A DNA stretch of 24,000 nucleotides from Candidatus Heimdallarchaeota archaeon (GCA_015523565.1 WAKA01000148.1:1-24000); one strand, 5' to 3'. Counted from the stretch's first letter, positions 7,901 through 15,256 are shown. Numbers and translations: made by a program. The notes: generated by a model from the letters alone, not told the origin.

Positions 7901-8384
7901 GCCTGTTTACGAGGAAATAATAACTCAATTCTTTTTCAAGCATGTGAAGAATGAATTTTTCAGCCCTTTCGCCTTGATTGAAGAAAATTTCGGATCCTTT
8001 GATGAAGTTGGCGTTCGGATCCTTGATTACGTCAGTAATGGAATTGTATTTTGAGATCTCCCCAACATTCTTATTTGACTTGATAAACTCATAGTATTCG
8101 CCAAGAAGGTTTTTGTCCTTTGTTTCAAAATAGGTTTGCACCTTTTTGTCCTTTATGAACTGCGACTTTGTCTTGGTATGGTGGAAATAGTACATGAGAT
8201 TGACCTTTCGCAAGAAGATCTCGTTCAGTGAGATTTCCTTGATGGAATTAAGGTAATTCATGTCATAAAGCTTGGTCAGGTTGTTCTTCAACTCTTCATT
8301 CATTGGGATAGGTTCTGAAAGTTTGTGGGAAGCACAGCTCATGCATGAAAAGTGGAAGACCGGATACTGGTTACTGTCCGTCAA
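4935..8384 (-). CDS. Large protein of unknown function (1149 aa)
   Basis: This is the longest uninterrupted ORF in the window. Decayed paralogue fragments on both sides show it belongs to a real gene family. The annotated start is TTG at 8384, with the first in-frame ATGs at 8342 and 8303. I recognised no P-loop, helicase, HNH, Zn-finger pair, HExxH, recombinase or transposase signature. Confidence 0.8.
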   Translation of the reverse strand: MTDSNQYPVFHFSCMSCASHKLSEPIPMNEELKNNLTKLYDMNYLNSIKEISLNEIFLRKVNLMYYFHHTKTKSQFIKDKKVQTYFETKDKNLLGEYYEFIKSNKNVGEISKYNSITDVIKDPNANFIKGSEIFFNQGERAEKFILHMLEKELSYYFLVNRLLDNDIFPASLILNSSTNEDNVLNGTVFKLSDAKKKQVINKIKERNIPVSCTSVDLVDEALKNAIDHIKRHTLDANGVSSGTDRLTLIIPSTPIEGTDDLTRTTNFLIEQIQDKTFMNTIEEYKINLSDNLDRRTFITDANRITLKGNENTKLVLGKIEDYPALIRSIEDKRLFIGGVGFDRIDRLKRDWIKLTCALGIDQLFYVDSEGLRSSNAVSLATNEFKLAIAKRSFGELKFSQLSENQKQIVHCIIKGYVQKMENSIAQHQMIEFMRSGRWPEPKDLGIGFSSINTIKDAMENNLLIIKKQDNLVSTSVGDIISNLSDIIQIPLRDANGTLYIGIIDKDTFFAPQTINTPKGIVHRFGITKFIDRNGIVRYFDDLDMFSIEIDDISLFSRAPLQTDDLDQFRRFQEQVYNLVFSTVNQGHQSNFILGRWMPEVNILSYAGTTASEVENLLGKLRGDFPITFNHYRSFDVSEFGLKWNTRGIDPHLFMKIIERVNTKSKNPIILTKPNQNGETMVYVEVDNYVTTTRVTAGIHYENHHAPVKYIQSPSSLLKFLIPEEKISNYLKGWRINKKAIAEEETDIVLLWFGKLPIGHRSFSNSHLPSPLGGLTAEIYSAVEPPVPLIEIVEAFHEKQKLTYLHFRPPTGTLNDYSLMVNKKLNIERAESFLKHLMKNGRLISFLATYFNELMNYFHQETIMDFTKKHGKPFELSMIEELKQVASGITDNLVKIKFKMNCLHLKNVFVWFDPKTNNEPVGNVFTILDLRMLPGHFPQNPDTIDPEFLGTKHLGTKTGRENLLIFKNKEHYYQKIHYWIEAQLRRILNRLTLDKDLFEQNLDKWCKLKLGNTDVTFETIFGKKHILEIAKRYLVPGHTLAYDENAEKVLIKRTLGDRPFRSGAYLTPIFLDPKLFAENKKQYRKIIQRFDINIIVDNKPEPVLDYRKTFEADINAILKMNLPHKNNHFFNIIQNFKTEIGKLKILFARI

Positions 8385-8842
8385 ATTGAACTCACCAAGT
8401 GTAGGCCGGATGCTGAATGGCTTGCAAACCTATTGTTTTCAACAAATTGCACATCAACATACCTCTTCTCCTTGTTCTTGAAGAATACGCCGTATCCGTT
8501 AGGTTCTGCGGTAACTGTATGTTCCCTCCACGGATTTCTTGACACACAGGCGAACAAACTTGACGATTGTCTTGTTTTCAGTCGCTGAAACCTAGCGGGT
8601 TCAGACAGCTTGGCGAGACCATTTCGCCGTTAATCGGAACCTATCCTTTGTGACTATTTCCCATGATGGTTCTGAAGTGTCTATGATCCTTTCAGGTTTC
8701 ACAACTATAAGTCTTGGTAAACCGAAATGGAACGGATTCCTATCTCAACATAATTTGAATACAAAAAACGACCCATTTGTTCATCCATTCAGGGATGGTG
8801 ACTAATTCACAAGTCCAAATGGGTTCTAGATTTTATGGAAAC

Positions 8843-9127
8843 ATTTAGGAATTCAGCCACGTTTTTCACAGAGTTGAAGAAATTATCTATGTCTTTTTTG
8901 GGAAGGGTTTGTTGCGCGATTGATGTGCGGTTTCAAGGATATCGAGATAGATTTTTTTCTGGAGGAGTATTTTTTCGGGGTTTTTGGGAATTGGGTAATT
9001 TGGGAAGATTTTTTTGAACATCTTGATGAAGTTTCCATTTTGGAATATTTGTTCATAGATAATTGGGGTTAGCATTGTAAGATACCTGAATGGTACTTGG
9101 ATTGGAGACGATTTGTTTGCCGAATTT
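8843..9127. repeat. Right arm of the long inverted repeat (partner 4067-4355); perfect core 8843-8943
   Basis: See the left arm. After the core there is one mismatch (8944), then 21 matches, then a 1-nt indel. Identity over the outer part is about 80% by eye. Confidence 0.9.
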
Positions 9128-9200
9128 TATCTTCAGGTTTGTTGGCAAGGAGGTGGCATAATTAGTGGGCATTTGACTTGGTTTCACTGATGAAGGTCAG
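8887..9200 (-). pseudogene. Second 5'-truncated, frameshifted paralogue fragment of the 1149-aa gene (C-terminal part only)
   Basis: Minus-strand translation gives ..KFGKQIVSNP.. then, after a frameshift, MLTPIIYEQIFQNGNFIKMFKKIFPNYPIPKNPEKI... This parallels the left fragment (KFGKQIISKPYKPFRYLTMPTPIFLDHKIFQNGNFIKMLKKIFPNKPIPKNLEKI). A further 1-nt indel changes the last ~25 codons. The upstream limit is uncertain; weak similarity may reach about 9290. Confidence 0.65.
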
Positions 9201-9376
9201 CCAAGCGCAGTCCGCAGGATCTTTGGGGTTCATCCCCACTGCAGGCTTGCTCTCTGGACTCATCAAAGTGTTCCTTGGGAAGAAGTTCCAACGGCAACGC
9301 CAAGCTTATAATTCTTGGAAGGGAATAATAAAAAATATTGTGTATTTAGGAATAGTGTGAATACAATAGATTTCGT

Positions 9377-9877
9377 TTAGTCATTGCGATGCGCATTTTC
9401 CCATTTGTCGATGGGGGTGAACAGGATGCATGGCATTGGGGTATGTTTTTTGGTCAGGACGGCGGGGAGTGACATGACCTCACAGCCAGTATACCTTTTG
9501 TAGCTGGATATCAGCAGGGTAATTCCGACATAGGTTGTTGATCCCACAAAAAGTTCGAGGTTCTGCAAGAAATATCCCAAAGCCATGAAAGCACCGACAA
9601 TGCCATTTGCGAGGGTTGCCGCGGCATATTTGTTGGGCTGGATTTTTTTGGACTCAATCAGTTTGTGGAGGACAAGATATATGAGGGTGATGAGGATGAA
9701 AACGGAGAGGGAGAGGATGAGGGACATCAACAGGTTCGGTTTGTTGCTCACAATGAATACCCTGATGGCAAGTGCAAGGAAGAGAATGCCAAGGATGGTT
9801 CTTGTGGTCATTCCGATTGGTCCTGTCTTGGAGGGTTGGATGTTTTCTGTTTCACTTGTGTCTGTAAGTTCTGCCAT
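9377..9877 (-). CDS. Integral membrane protein (about 4 TM helices) with a C-terminal Cys-containing tail
   Basis: 166 aa with an ATG start. Four hydrophobic segments (ILGILFLALAIRVFIV, LLMSLILSLSVFILITLIYLVL, GIVGAFMALGYFL, YVGITLLISSY), then YTGCEVMSLP...PCILFTPIDKWE. The antisense ORFs 9585-9968 and 9665-10006 are treated as shadows. Confidence 0.65.
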   Translation of the reverse strand: MAELTDTSETENIQPSKTGPIGMTTRTILGILFLALAIRVFIVSNKPNLLMSLILSLSVFILITLIYLVLHKLIESKKIQPNKYAAATLANGIVGAFMALGYFLQNLELFVGSTTYVGITLLISSYKRYTGCEVMSLPAVLTKKHTPMPCILFTPIDKWENAHRND

Positions 9878-10062
9878 ACCCGCGCAAGAAGTTTTTCATT
9901 TTTTTTTCTTTCGATCCGCGAGACATGGGGGATTTCTTTTCACTATGTTATTCTGGAAGGGTGTATAACTGTCTTTCTGTGTACTCAGGATGTTCTTATT
10001 TTCTGATTTTTGTTCAAAAAGATTAAGTGCAAGGTAAACAAAGTTGATTAGAGGCGTTAAGA

Positions 10063-10686
10063 TTGTCAGAGTACCTGAACGTATTGATGGGGTTGGTCAA
10101 TCGCAAACCCCGTATTGGCATAGTCATCGATCTTAACGTATTGGATGTTGGTCGTGAAACCCGTCTGGACGTTTTGGGTGCATTGCGAGACAGGTTCAAT
10201 GAGTTGGGGCAGGTACGGCAGGCCTTGGTCATATCTCCGCGGCAGTTGAAACGTGATGAGCTGGAAGAGGTTCAGAGGGCGGGGTTCTCATTGAAAGTTG
10301 TGCCCAAGGCGCATTCGGAATTGAGTTTTTTGCTGGAGACATATGATTTGGCATTGAACGGGCAGATAAACGTGATTGTGATCGGCTCAGCAGATGAGCA
10401 ACTGACACCGTTGTTTTTGGCATGCAGGAACATACTGAATGAAACGATTGGGTTTTTTTTGGGAAAGGTGGGGGAGAAAGTCTTGCGTTCATTCAATGCG
10501 GTTGTGACACCAGAGACATTGGAGACATTTACTTTGTTTGAGGCAAGTGAGCCTGAATATGAGGCGGTGCGCAATTTTGTGGTTCAAAGCATCCAGACGG
10601 AGAACGGCAAGGAAACCCAAGAGATGGAGCCTGAAAATGTTGAGGCAGATTTGTTCGGTCCCATATCAGAGAATTTGGAAGATTAG
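10063..10686 (+). CDS. Hypothetical protein, possibly a NYN/LabA-like (PIN-fold) domain with partly substituted acidic residues and an acidic C-terminal tail
   Basis: RIGIVIDLNVLD resembles the first NYN strand (D-x-N). NVIVIGSADEQLTPLF resembles the S-G-D-S-D-F-x-P-L strand, but the second Asp is replaced by Gln. Start is TTG at 10063 or ATG at 10087. The gene is noticeably GC-richer than its neighbours. Confidence 0.55.
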   Translation: MSEYLNVLMGLVNRKPRIGIVIDLNVLDVGRETRLDVLGALRDRFNELGQVRQALVISPRQLKRDELEEVQRAGFSLKVVPKAHSELSFLLETYDLALNGQINVIVIGSADEQLTPLFLACRNILNETIGFFLGKVGEKVLRSFNAVVTPETLETFTLFEASEPEYEAVRNFVVQSIQTENGKETQEMEPENVEADLFGPISENLED

Positions 10687-10748
10687 AATTTTGGGGACCA
10701 AGGGGCGGGAAGATCAGGGATTGGAAGAGGACAGGATTTCAAAAGATT

Positions 10749-12359
10749 TCAGCCAATAGAGATCCATGCCGCGCTGATTCGCTGAGATTTGATTTCATAG
10801 TAACATGTGAAGTTTCCTTCTTGGCTCGTTATTTTTTGTAAAATGAGATTTTTAAGTGCAATTGTTGACTTTATTGAAAGATTGGTCAGTTTTGGGATGG
10901 TATCTCTGAGTTGTTTTCTGGTTTGATCCTGACCTTGGAAAAGCATTTTATTTGATGTAAGATCATAGACGATTATTTTTGGGTGGACAAATTCCATTGC
11001 ACGGTCAATTTCTTTTTTGATGAGGCATGAAATGAATTTTTCAACAAGTTCAATGGGGTGGAAAGGGGAGATGAGAAATTCAGGGGAAAAGACATTGCCT
11101 TTGGAGATGACCAATTCAATTGATGTGGTTGCAGTTATATCGTTGAGTGGATTTCTTCTAAGGAGAACCAAGTCTGCAAATGCCCCTTTTTTGATTTCAC
11201 CTATCAATTTGTTTCCGAAAACTTTTGCTGCGTTGTAAGTTGTTGCCTGCAAGACGTCTTCCGGACTCATGCCTGCAATGTTCATGATTCTCATTTCCTC
11301 ATGGATTGAAACACCATGCAATGTGCCGATATTGCCTGCGTCAGTTCCTGTTGCAATGGTTATACCATTTTCATGCAATTTTTTGAGATTGTGCATTGCA
11401 TTTGAGACAAGGGGTGAAAAGTCGTCATTTTCTTTGTTTTCATCTAGAGGAAGTGCTTGGATTGAGAACAGGTCAAACCATGAAGAGATTGCACGAGGGC
11501 ATCCCCATTTTTCTTCAAACATAGAGGTGTTTTTTGTACCTGCAAATACGTCACGATAGCCCTGTCTTACTTGAAGTGTTGGAATACAGATGGCATTTTT
11601 TGCCAAGTCAATGAATTCTTGGTCTATATGTTGGTCAAAGACCCCGTGAACCAAGATGTCTGCCCCTTGTTTAAGGGCTTCTTTTGCAGTTTTTAGCTCT
11701 GTGGCATGCACTGCGGCACGATACCCAAGTGCATGGCTTTCATTTATTGCCGCGGCAATGATCTTACAATCATTTTCGAAGTGCTGGGGACGATAGATAA
11801 ACCATATTTTAATGAAGACAGGGTTATGTTCAGCACATTTTCTTACAAGTTCCTTTGCATGCTCTTCAGATTGTGCTTGGATTATGGGGGGGTCACCAAG
11901 ATCCAATTTTTCTCTTGAGACAGTTGAGACCAGCGGACCTGTAACTTGGACATGTGGGGAATGGGAATTTCCTGCAAGTTCCCTGACTTCAAAATTCCAG
12001 AATGGCCCACCGCAATCGACAACGGCAGTGACACCAGACACAAGATATCTCTTGAAGGTATCTGGGAGGCTTTTTTTGATGTTATTGATTTCTTCAGAAT
12101 AGGGGACATGGTTTGTCAAGTCGAGTATGTCAGGTCTTGTATAGAGACCAGAGCTTTGGAAGAAGTGAATATGTGCATCGATGAGACCGGGGATTGCAAA
12201 CAGGTTGGAACAGTCAATAGTTATATCATTCTCTTCAGGCTCAGGTTCAATATTGTAATATATCTCTTTGATTAGTTCACCTTCAATTTTGATGGCTGAG
12301 GAATGGCACATTTTTTTCTGTTTGGAATCAAAGAAGGTGACATTGGTCAGAATGACCAT
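10749..12359 (-). CDS. Metal-dependent amidohydrolase-superfamily protein with a C-terminal ~110-aa extension
   Basis: PGLIDAHIHF (HxH metal site), AAVHATE, ILVHGV, ATGTDAG, GAFADLVLL (the typical C-terminal beta-sandwich return). The extension ELVEKFISCLIKKEIDRAMEFVHPKIIVYDL... looks NTF2/SnoaL-like. Confidence 0.85.
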   Translation of the reverse strand: MVILTNVTFFDSKQKKMCHSSAIKIEGELIKEIYYNIEPEPEENDITIDCSNLFAIPGLIDAHIHFFQSSGLYTRPDILDLTNHVPYSEEINNIKKSLPDTFKRYLVSGVTAVVDCGGPFWNFEVRELAGNSHSPHVQVTGPLVSTVSREKLDLGDPPIIQAQSEEHAKELVRKCAEHNPVFIKIWFIYRPQHFENDCKIIAAAINESHALGYRAAVHATELKTAKEALKQGADILVHGVFDQHIDQEFIDLAKNAICIPTLQVRQGYRDVFAGTKNTSMFEEKWGCPRAISSWFDLFSIQALPLDENKENDDFSPLVSNAMHNLKKLHENGITIATGTDAGNIGTLHGVSIHEEMRIMNIAGMSPEDVLQATTYNAAKVFGNKLIGEIKKGAFADLVLLRRNPLNDITATTSIELVISKGNVFSPEFLISPFHPIELVEKFISCLIKKEIDRAMEFVHPKIIVYDLTSNKMLFQGQDQTRKQLRDTIPKLTNLSIKSTIALKNLILQKITSQEGNFTCYYEIKSQRISAAWISIG

Positions 12360-12430
12360 ACATCAAGAGAATTTTAGGAGTAGATAAGTTTATCATATGC
12401 AAAAAATAGAGATGTGAAACAATGTTCAAT

Positions 12431-15256
12431 TCAATTGAGCTTTTTGTGATACTTTTGATCAGGTTCCTGTTGGCTCAATGTCGCTTGGGCGGCGGCGAGA
12501 CGTGCAACAGGGACACGATATGGGGAGCATGAAACGTAATCAAGACCGATCTTGTAGCAGAAGTGGATGGATGCGGGATCACCGCCCTGTTCACCGCAAA
12601 TTCCAACCTTTAGGTATTTTCCTGCCTTTGCGGCACTTTCCCTGCCCATTGCAACACACATGTCCATGAGTTTTCCGACACCATTGGTATCGATTGTCTG
12701 GAATGGGTCATTGGGGATTATTCCTTCTTCGATATAGAAAGGCAGGAATTTTCCGACATCGTCTCTTGAAAAGCCAAGGGTCATTTGATGTAAATCGTTG
12801 GTTCCGAAAGAGAAGAAATCGGCACCGAGTTCACCATCTGCGATTTCGTCTGCTGTAAGGGCGGCTCTGGGAATTTCGATCATGGTTCCGACCTTATAGT
12901 CTATTCTTTCTCCTTTTTCTTCGAACACTTTTTCAGCAGTTTCGTCGACAATTTGCCTAGAAAGGGTGAATTCCTCCTTAAAGCCCACAAGAGGAATCAT
13001 GATTTCAGGATGGACTTCAATTCCTTCTTTTTTGACGTCAAGGGCGGCTTCAATGATGGCACGTGTTTGCATTTCCATGATTTCAGGGAAAAGAAGCCCC
13101 AGTCTGCATCCTCTAAGACCGAGCATAGGGTTTGCCTCTTGGTAGTAAAGGACTTTTCTCAAGATTTTGATATTATGTGCAGTCTGTTCGGGATTTAGGA
13201 TTTGTTGCCAGATTTTTTCCCTGATTTCCAGTTCTTTTGGCAAGAATTCGTGAAGTGGAGGGTCAAGGAGCCTGATTGTGACGGGCAATCCGTGAAGCAC
13301 CCTGAACAGTTTTGTAAAGTCGTTTCTTTGCAGGTCAATCATTTGATTCAGGGCATTGAGTCTTTCCTCTTTTGTTTCTGCCAATATCATTTCCTGAACA
13401 AGAGGCAGGGCGTCAAAAAACTGGTGTTCGGTTCTTGCAAGTCCAATGCCTTGTGCCTTGAATTCGACTGCAATTTTTGCGTCTTTTTCCTTGTCCGCAT
13501 TGGTTCGAACCTTGATTTTTGCGAATTCGTCAGCCCAATCAAGAACAGTGAGGATATCATCAGGAAGTTTTGTAGGAGTGAATATTGGCAGGTATTCTTT
13601 GAATATTTCTGCTTTATCAAAAACCTCCATGGAGATTATGTCTCCTTCATTGAGGACAAAGCCGTTTTTTGTTCTAAGTTTTTTGCCGAGAAGGTCCATT
13701 CCAGAATTGCTTGCCCCAACAATGACCCTTTTGCCGATTTGCCGGCCGACAAGTGCCGCGTGGGAGGTCAATCCCCCAGTCATGGTAATAATGCCTGCCG
13801 AAGCGACCATTCCATGGAAATCTTCAGGAGAAGTCTCTTTCTTTATTAGGATGAGGCTTGGCACTTTTTTCCCGTTTTCCAGTCTCCATTTGGTGATTTT
13901 GAAGGGGGGATCAATTTCACCCTTCACAACTGCTTCAGCAAAATCGGAATCAAAAACTACATGACCTGCGGCAGCACCGGGTCCAGCGGGCAATCCAGAG
14001 CCAATAACAGTGGCTTTTTTGACGGGGGCGTTTTTTACAACTTCACTTAATGGTTTCTTATGAATCTGCTCGTCAAAATCAGGGATATCATAATAGAGAT
14101 GTTTCTTGGGATCCTCCCAAACCACACTTGGGAACATGCTTGACTCAATATCACGGGGAGTTACCCGCATGACTGCTTCTTCCCTTGCAATCATCTGCTC
14201 TTTGACAAGATCAACTGCGATTTTGGCGGCGGCGGTTCCAGTGCGTTTTCCAGCACGGGTCTGCAATATGTATAGCTTGCCGCTTTCAACAGTAAATTCA
14301 ATGTCCTGCATGTCCCTGTAATGTTTTTCCAATTTTTTGGCAAATTCTTTCAGTTGGTGATAGATTTCAGGCATTGTGTTTTCCAATTCGGAGATTGGCA
14401 TTGGTGTTCTGATTCCTGCCACCACATCTTCACCTTGTGCCTGCATAAGGAATTCACCATAGATTTCATCGACACCCGTGGCAGGATTTCGGGTAAAGAG
14501 GACACCAGTGCCTGATTTTTCATCCAGATTTCCGAAAACCATGGTTTGAACATTAACAGCAGTGCCGAGATCATCTGGAATACCTTCGAATTTTCTGTAG
14601 TTTCGGGCTCGTTTATTGTTCCAAGATTTGAAAACAGCGTGGATTGCCATTTCAAGTTGCTTATATGGATCGTTTGGGAAGGGTTCGCCGTACTCTTTTT
14701 GGAAATGATCCAGAAATTGACTGATGATACGATCCAATGATTCTTCAGACAATTGGTAATCATATTCCACATTTGCCCTTTTCTTTTCGTTTTCCAATAT
14801 TTCATTGAACGGTTCCGTTGGAATGTCACAGACAACGTCTGCGAACATGAAGATGAGTCTGCGGAAGCTGTCTTTGACAAAACGGGGGTTGCCCAGTTTT
14901 TTGGAAAAACGAGGGACAATCTCCTGTGTAAGTCCAACGTTAAGAACGGTATCCATCATTCCAGGCATACTTATTTTGGCGCCAGACCGTACAGAAAACA
15001 GGAGTGGCAAATCCAAGTCACCAAATTTTCTTCCCATTTTTTCTTCCACTTTCTTGACGCCTTCCAATACTTCATCCCACAGTCCTTCAGGGAATTTGTT
15101 CCCGTTTTCCAAGTATTCAACACAGACCTTTGTTGGGATTGTAAAACCAGGAGGAACCGGCAATCCAAGTTTGGTCATGGTTGCCAAGGAAGCTCCTTTT
15201 CCTCCCAGCAGATCCTTGTCAGGATCAATTTCTCCGAATAGAAAAACTCGTTTCAT
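12431..15256 (-). CDS. ppdK: Pyruvate, phosphate dikinase
   Basis: 941 aa. N-terminal LLGGKGASLATMTKLGLPVPPGFTI, phosphohistidine loop GGLTSHAALVGRQIGK, C-terminal PEP-utiliser TIM barrel (GLARTEHQF, FFSFGTNDLHQMT, VGICGEQGGDP). A GGTGA SD-like site lies at 15264-15268. Confidence 0.95.
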   Translation of the reverse strand: MKRVFLFGEIDPDKDLLGGKGASLATMTKLGLPVPPGFTIPTKVCVEYLENGNKFPEGLWDEVLEGVKKVEEKMGRKFGDLDLPLLFSVRSGAKISMPGMMDTVLNVGLTQEIVPRFSKKLGNPRFVKDSFRRLIFMFADVVCDIPTEPFNEILENEKKRANVEYDYQLSEESLDRIISQFLDHFQKEYGEPFPNDPYKQLEMAIHAVFKSWNNKRARNYRKFEGIPDDLGTAVNVQTMVFGNLDEKSGTGVLFTRNPATGVDEIYGEFLMQAQGEDVVAGIRTPMPISELENTMPEIYHQLKEFAKKLEKHYRDMQDIEFTVESGKLYILQTRAGKRTGTAAAKIAVDLVKEQMIAREEAVMRVTPRDIESSMFPSVVWEDPKKHLYYDIPDFDEQIHKKPLSEVVKNAPVKKATVIGSGLPAGPGAAAGHVVFDSDFAEAVVKGEIDPPFKITKWRLENGKKVPSLILIKKETSPEDFHGMVASAGIITMTGGLTSHAALVGRQIGKRVIVGASNSGMDLLGKKLRTKNGFVLNEGDIISMEVFDKAEIFKEYLPIFTPTKLPDDILTVLDWADEFAKIKVRTNADKEKDAKIAVEFKAQGIGLARTEHQFFDALPLVQEMILAETKEERLNALNQMIDLQRNDFTKLFRVLHGLPVTIRLLDPPLHEFLPKELEIREKIWQQILNPEQTAHNIKILRKVLYYQEANPMLGLRGCRLGLLFPEIMEMQTRAIIEAALDVKKEGIEVHPEIMIPLVGFKEEFTLSRQIVDETAEKVFEEKGERIDYKVGTMIEIPRAALTADEIADGELGADFFSFGTNDLHQMTLGFSRDDVGKFLPFYIEEGIIPNDPFQTIDTNGVGKLMDMCVAMGRESAAKAGKYLKVGICGEQGGDPASIHFCYKIGLDYVSCSPYRVPVARLAAAQATLSQQEPDQKYHKKLN

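Noticed and set aside
4255-8943. Shufflon-like switching of alternative C-termini by inversion
   Set aside because: The recombining cores cover identical 3' ends of two already truncated fragments. Inversion would therefore not create a new coding variant of any intact gene.
4067-9127. Reading the inverted repeats as terminal inverted repeats of a transposon or casposon-like element
   Set aside because: The repeat similarity fades gradually into protein-level homology instead of ending sharply. I see no target-site duplication and no transposase, Cas1 or integrase. The arms are better explained as gene-fragment paralogues.
10712-10727. GATCAGGGATTGGAAG resembling the tRNA-Pro 3' segment (GATCCGGGAGGGATTCGAA), considered as a possible att-site duplicate bounding the island
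   Set aside because: The match needs a 4-nt gap and a mismatch and lies in a G-rich context. It also lies on the 5' side of the minus-strand tRNA, whereas classical 3'-end integration would place the duplicate on the other side.
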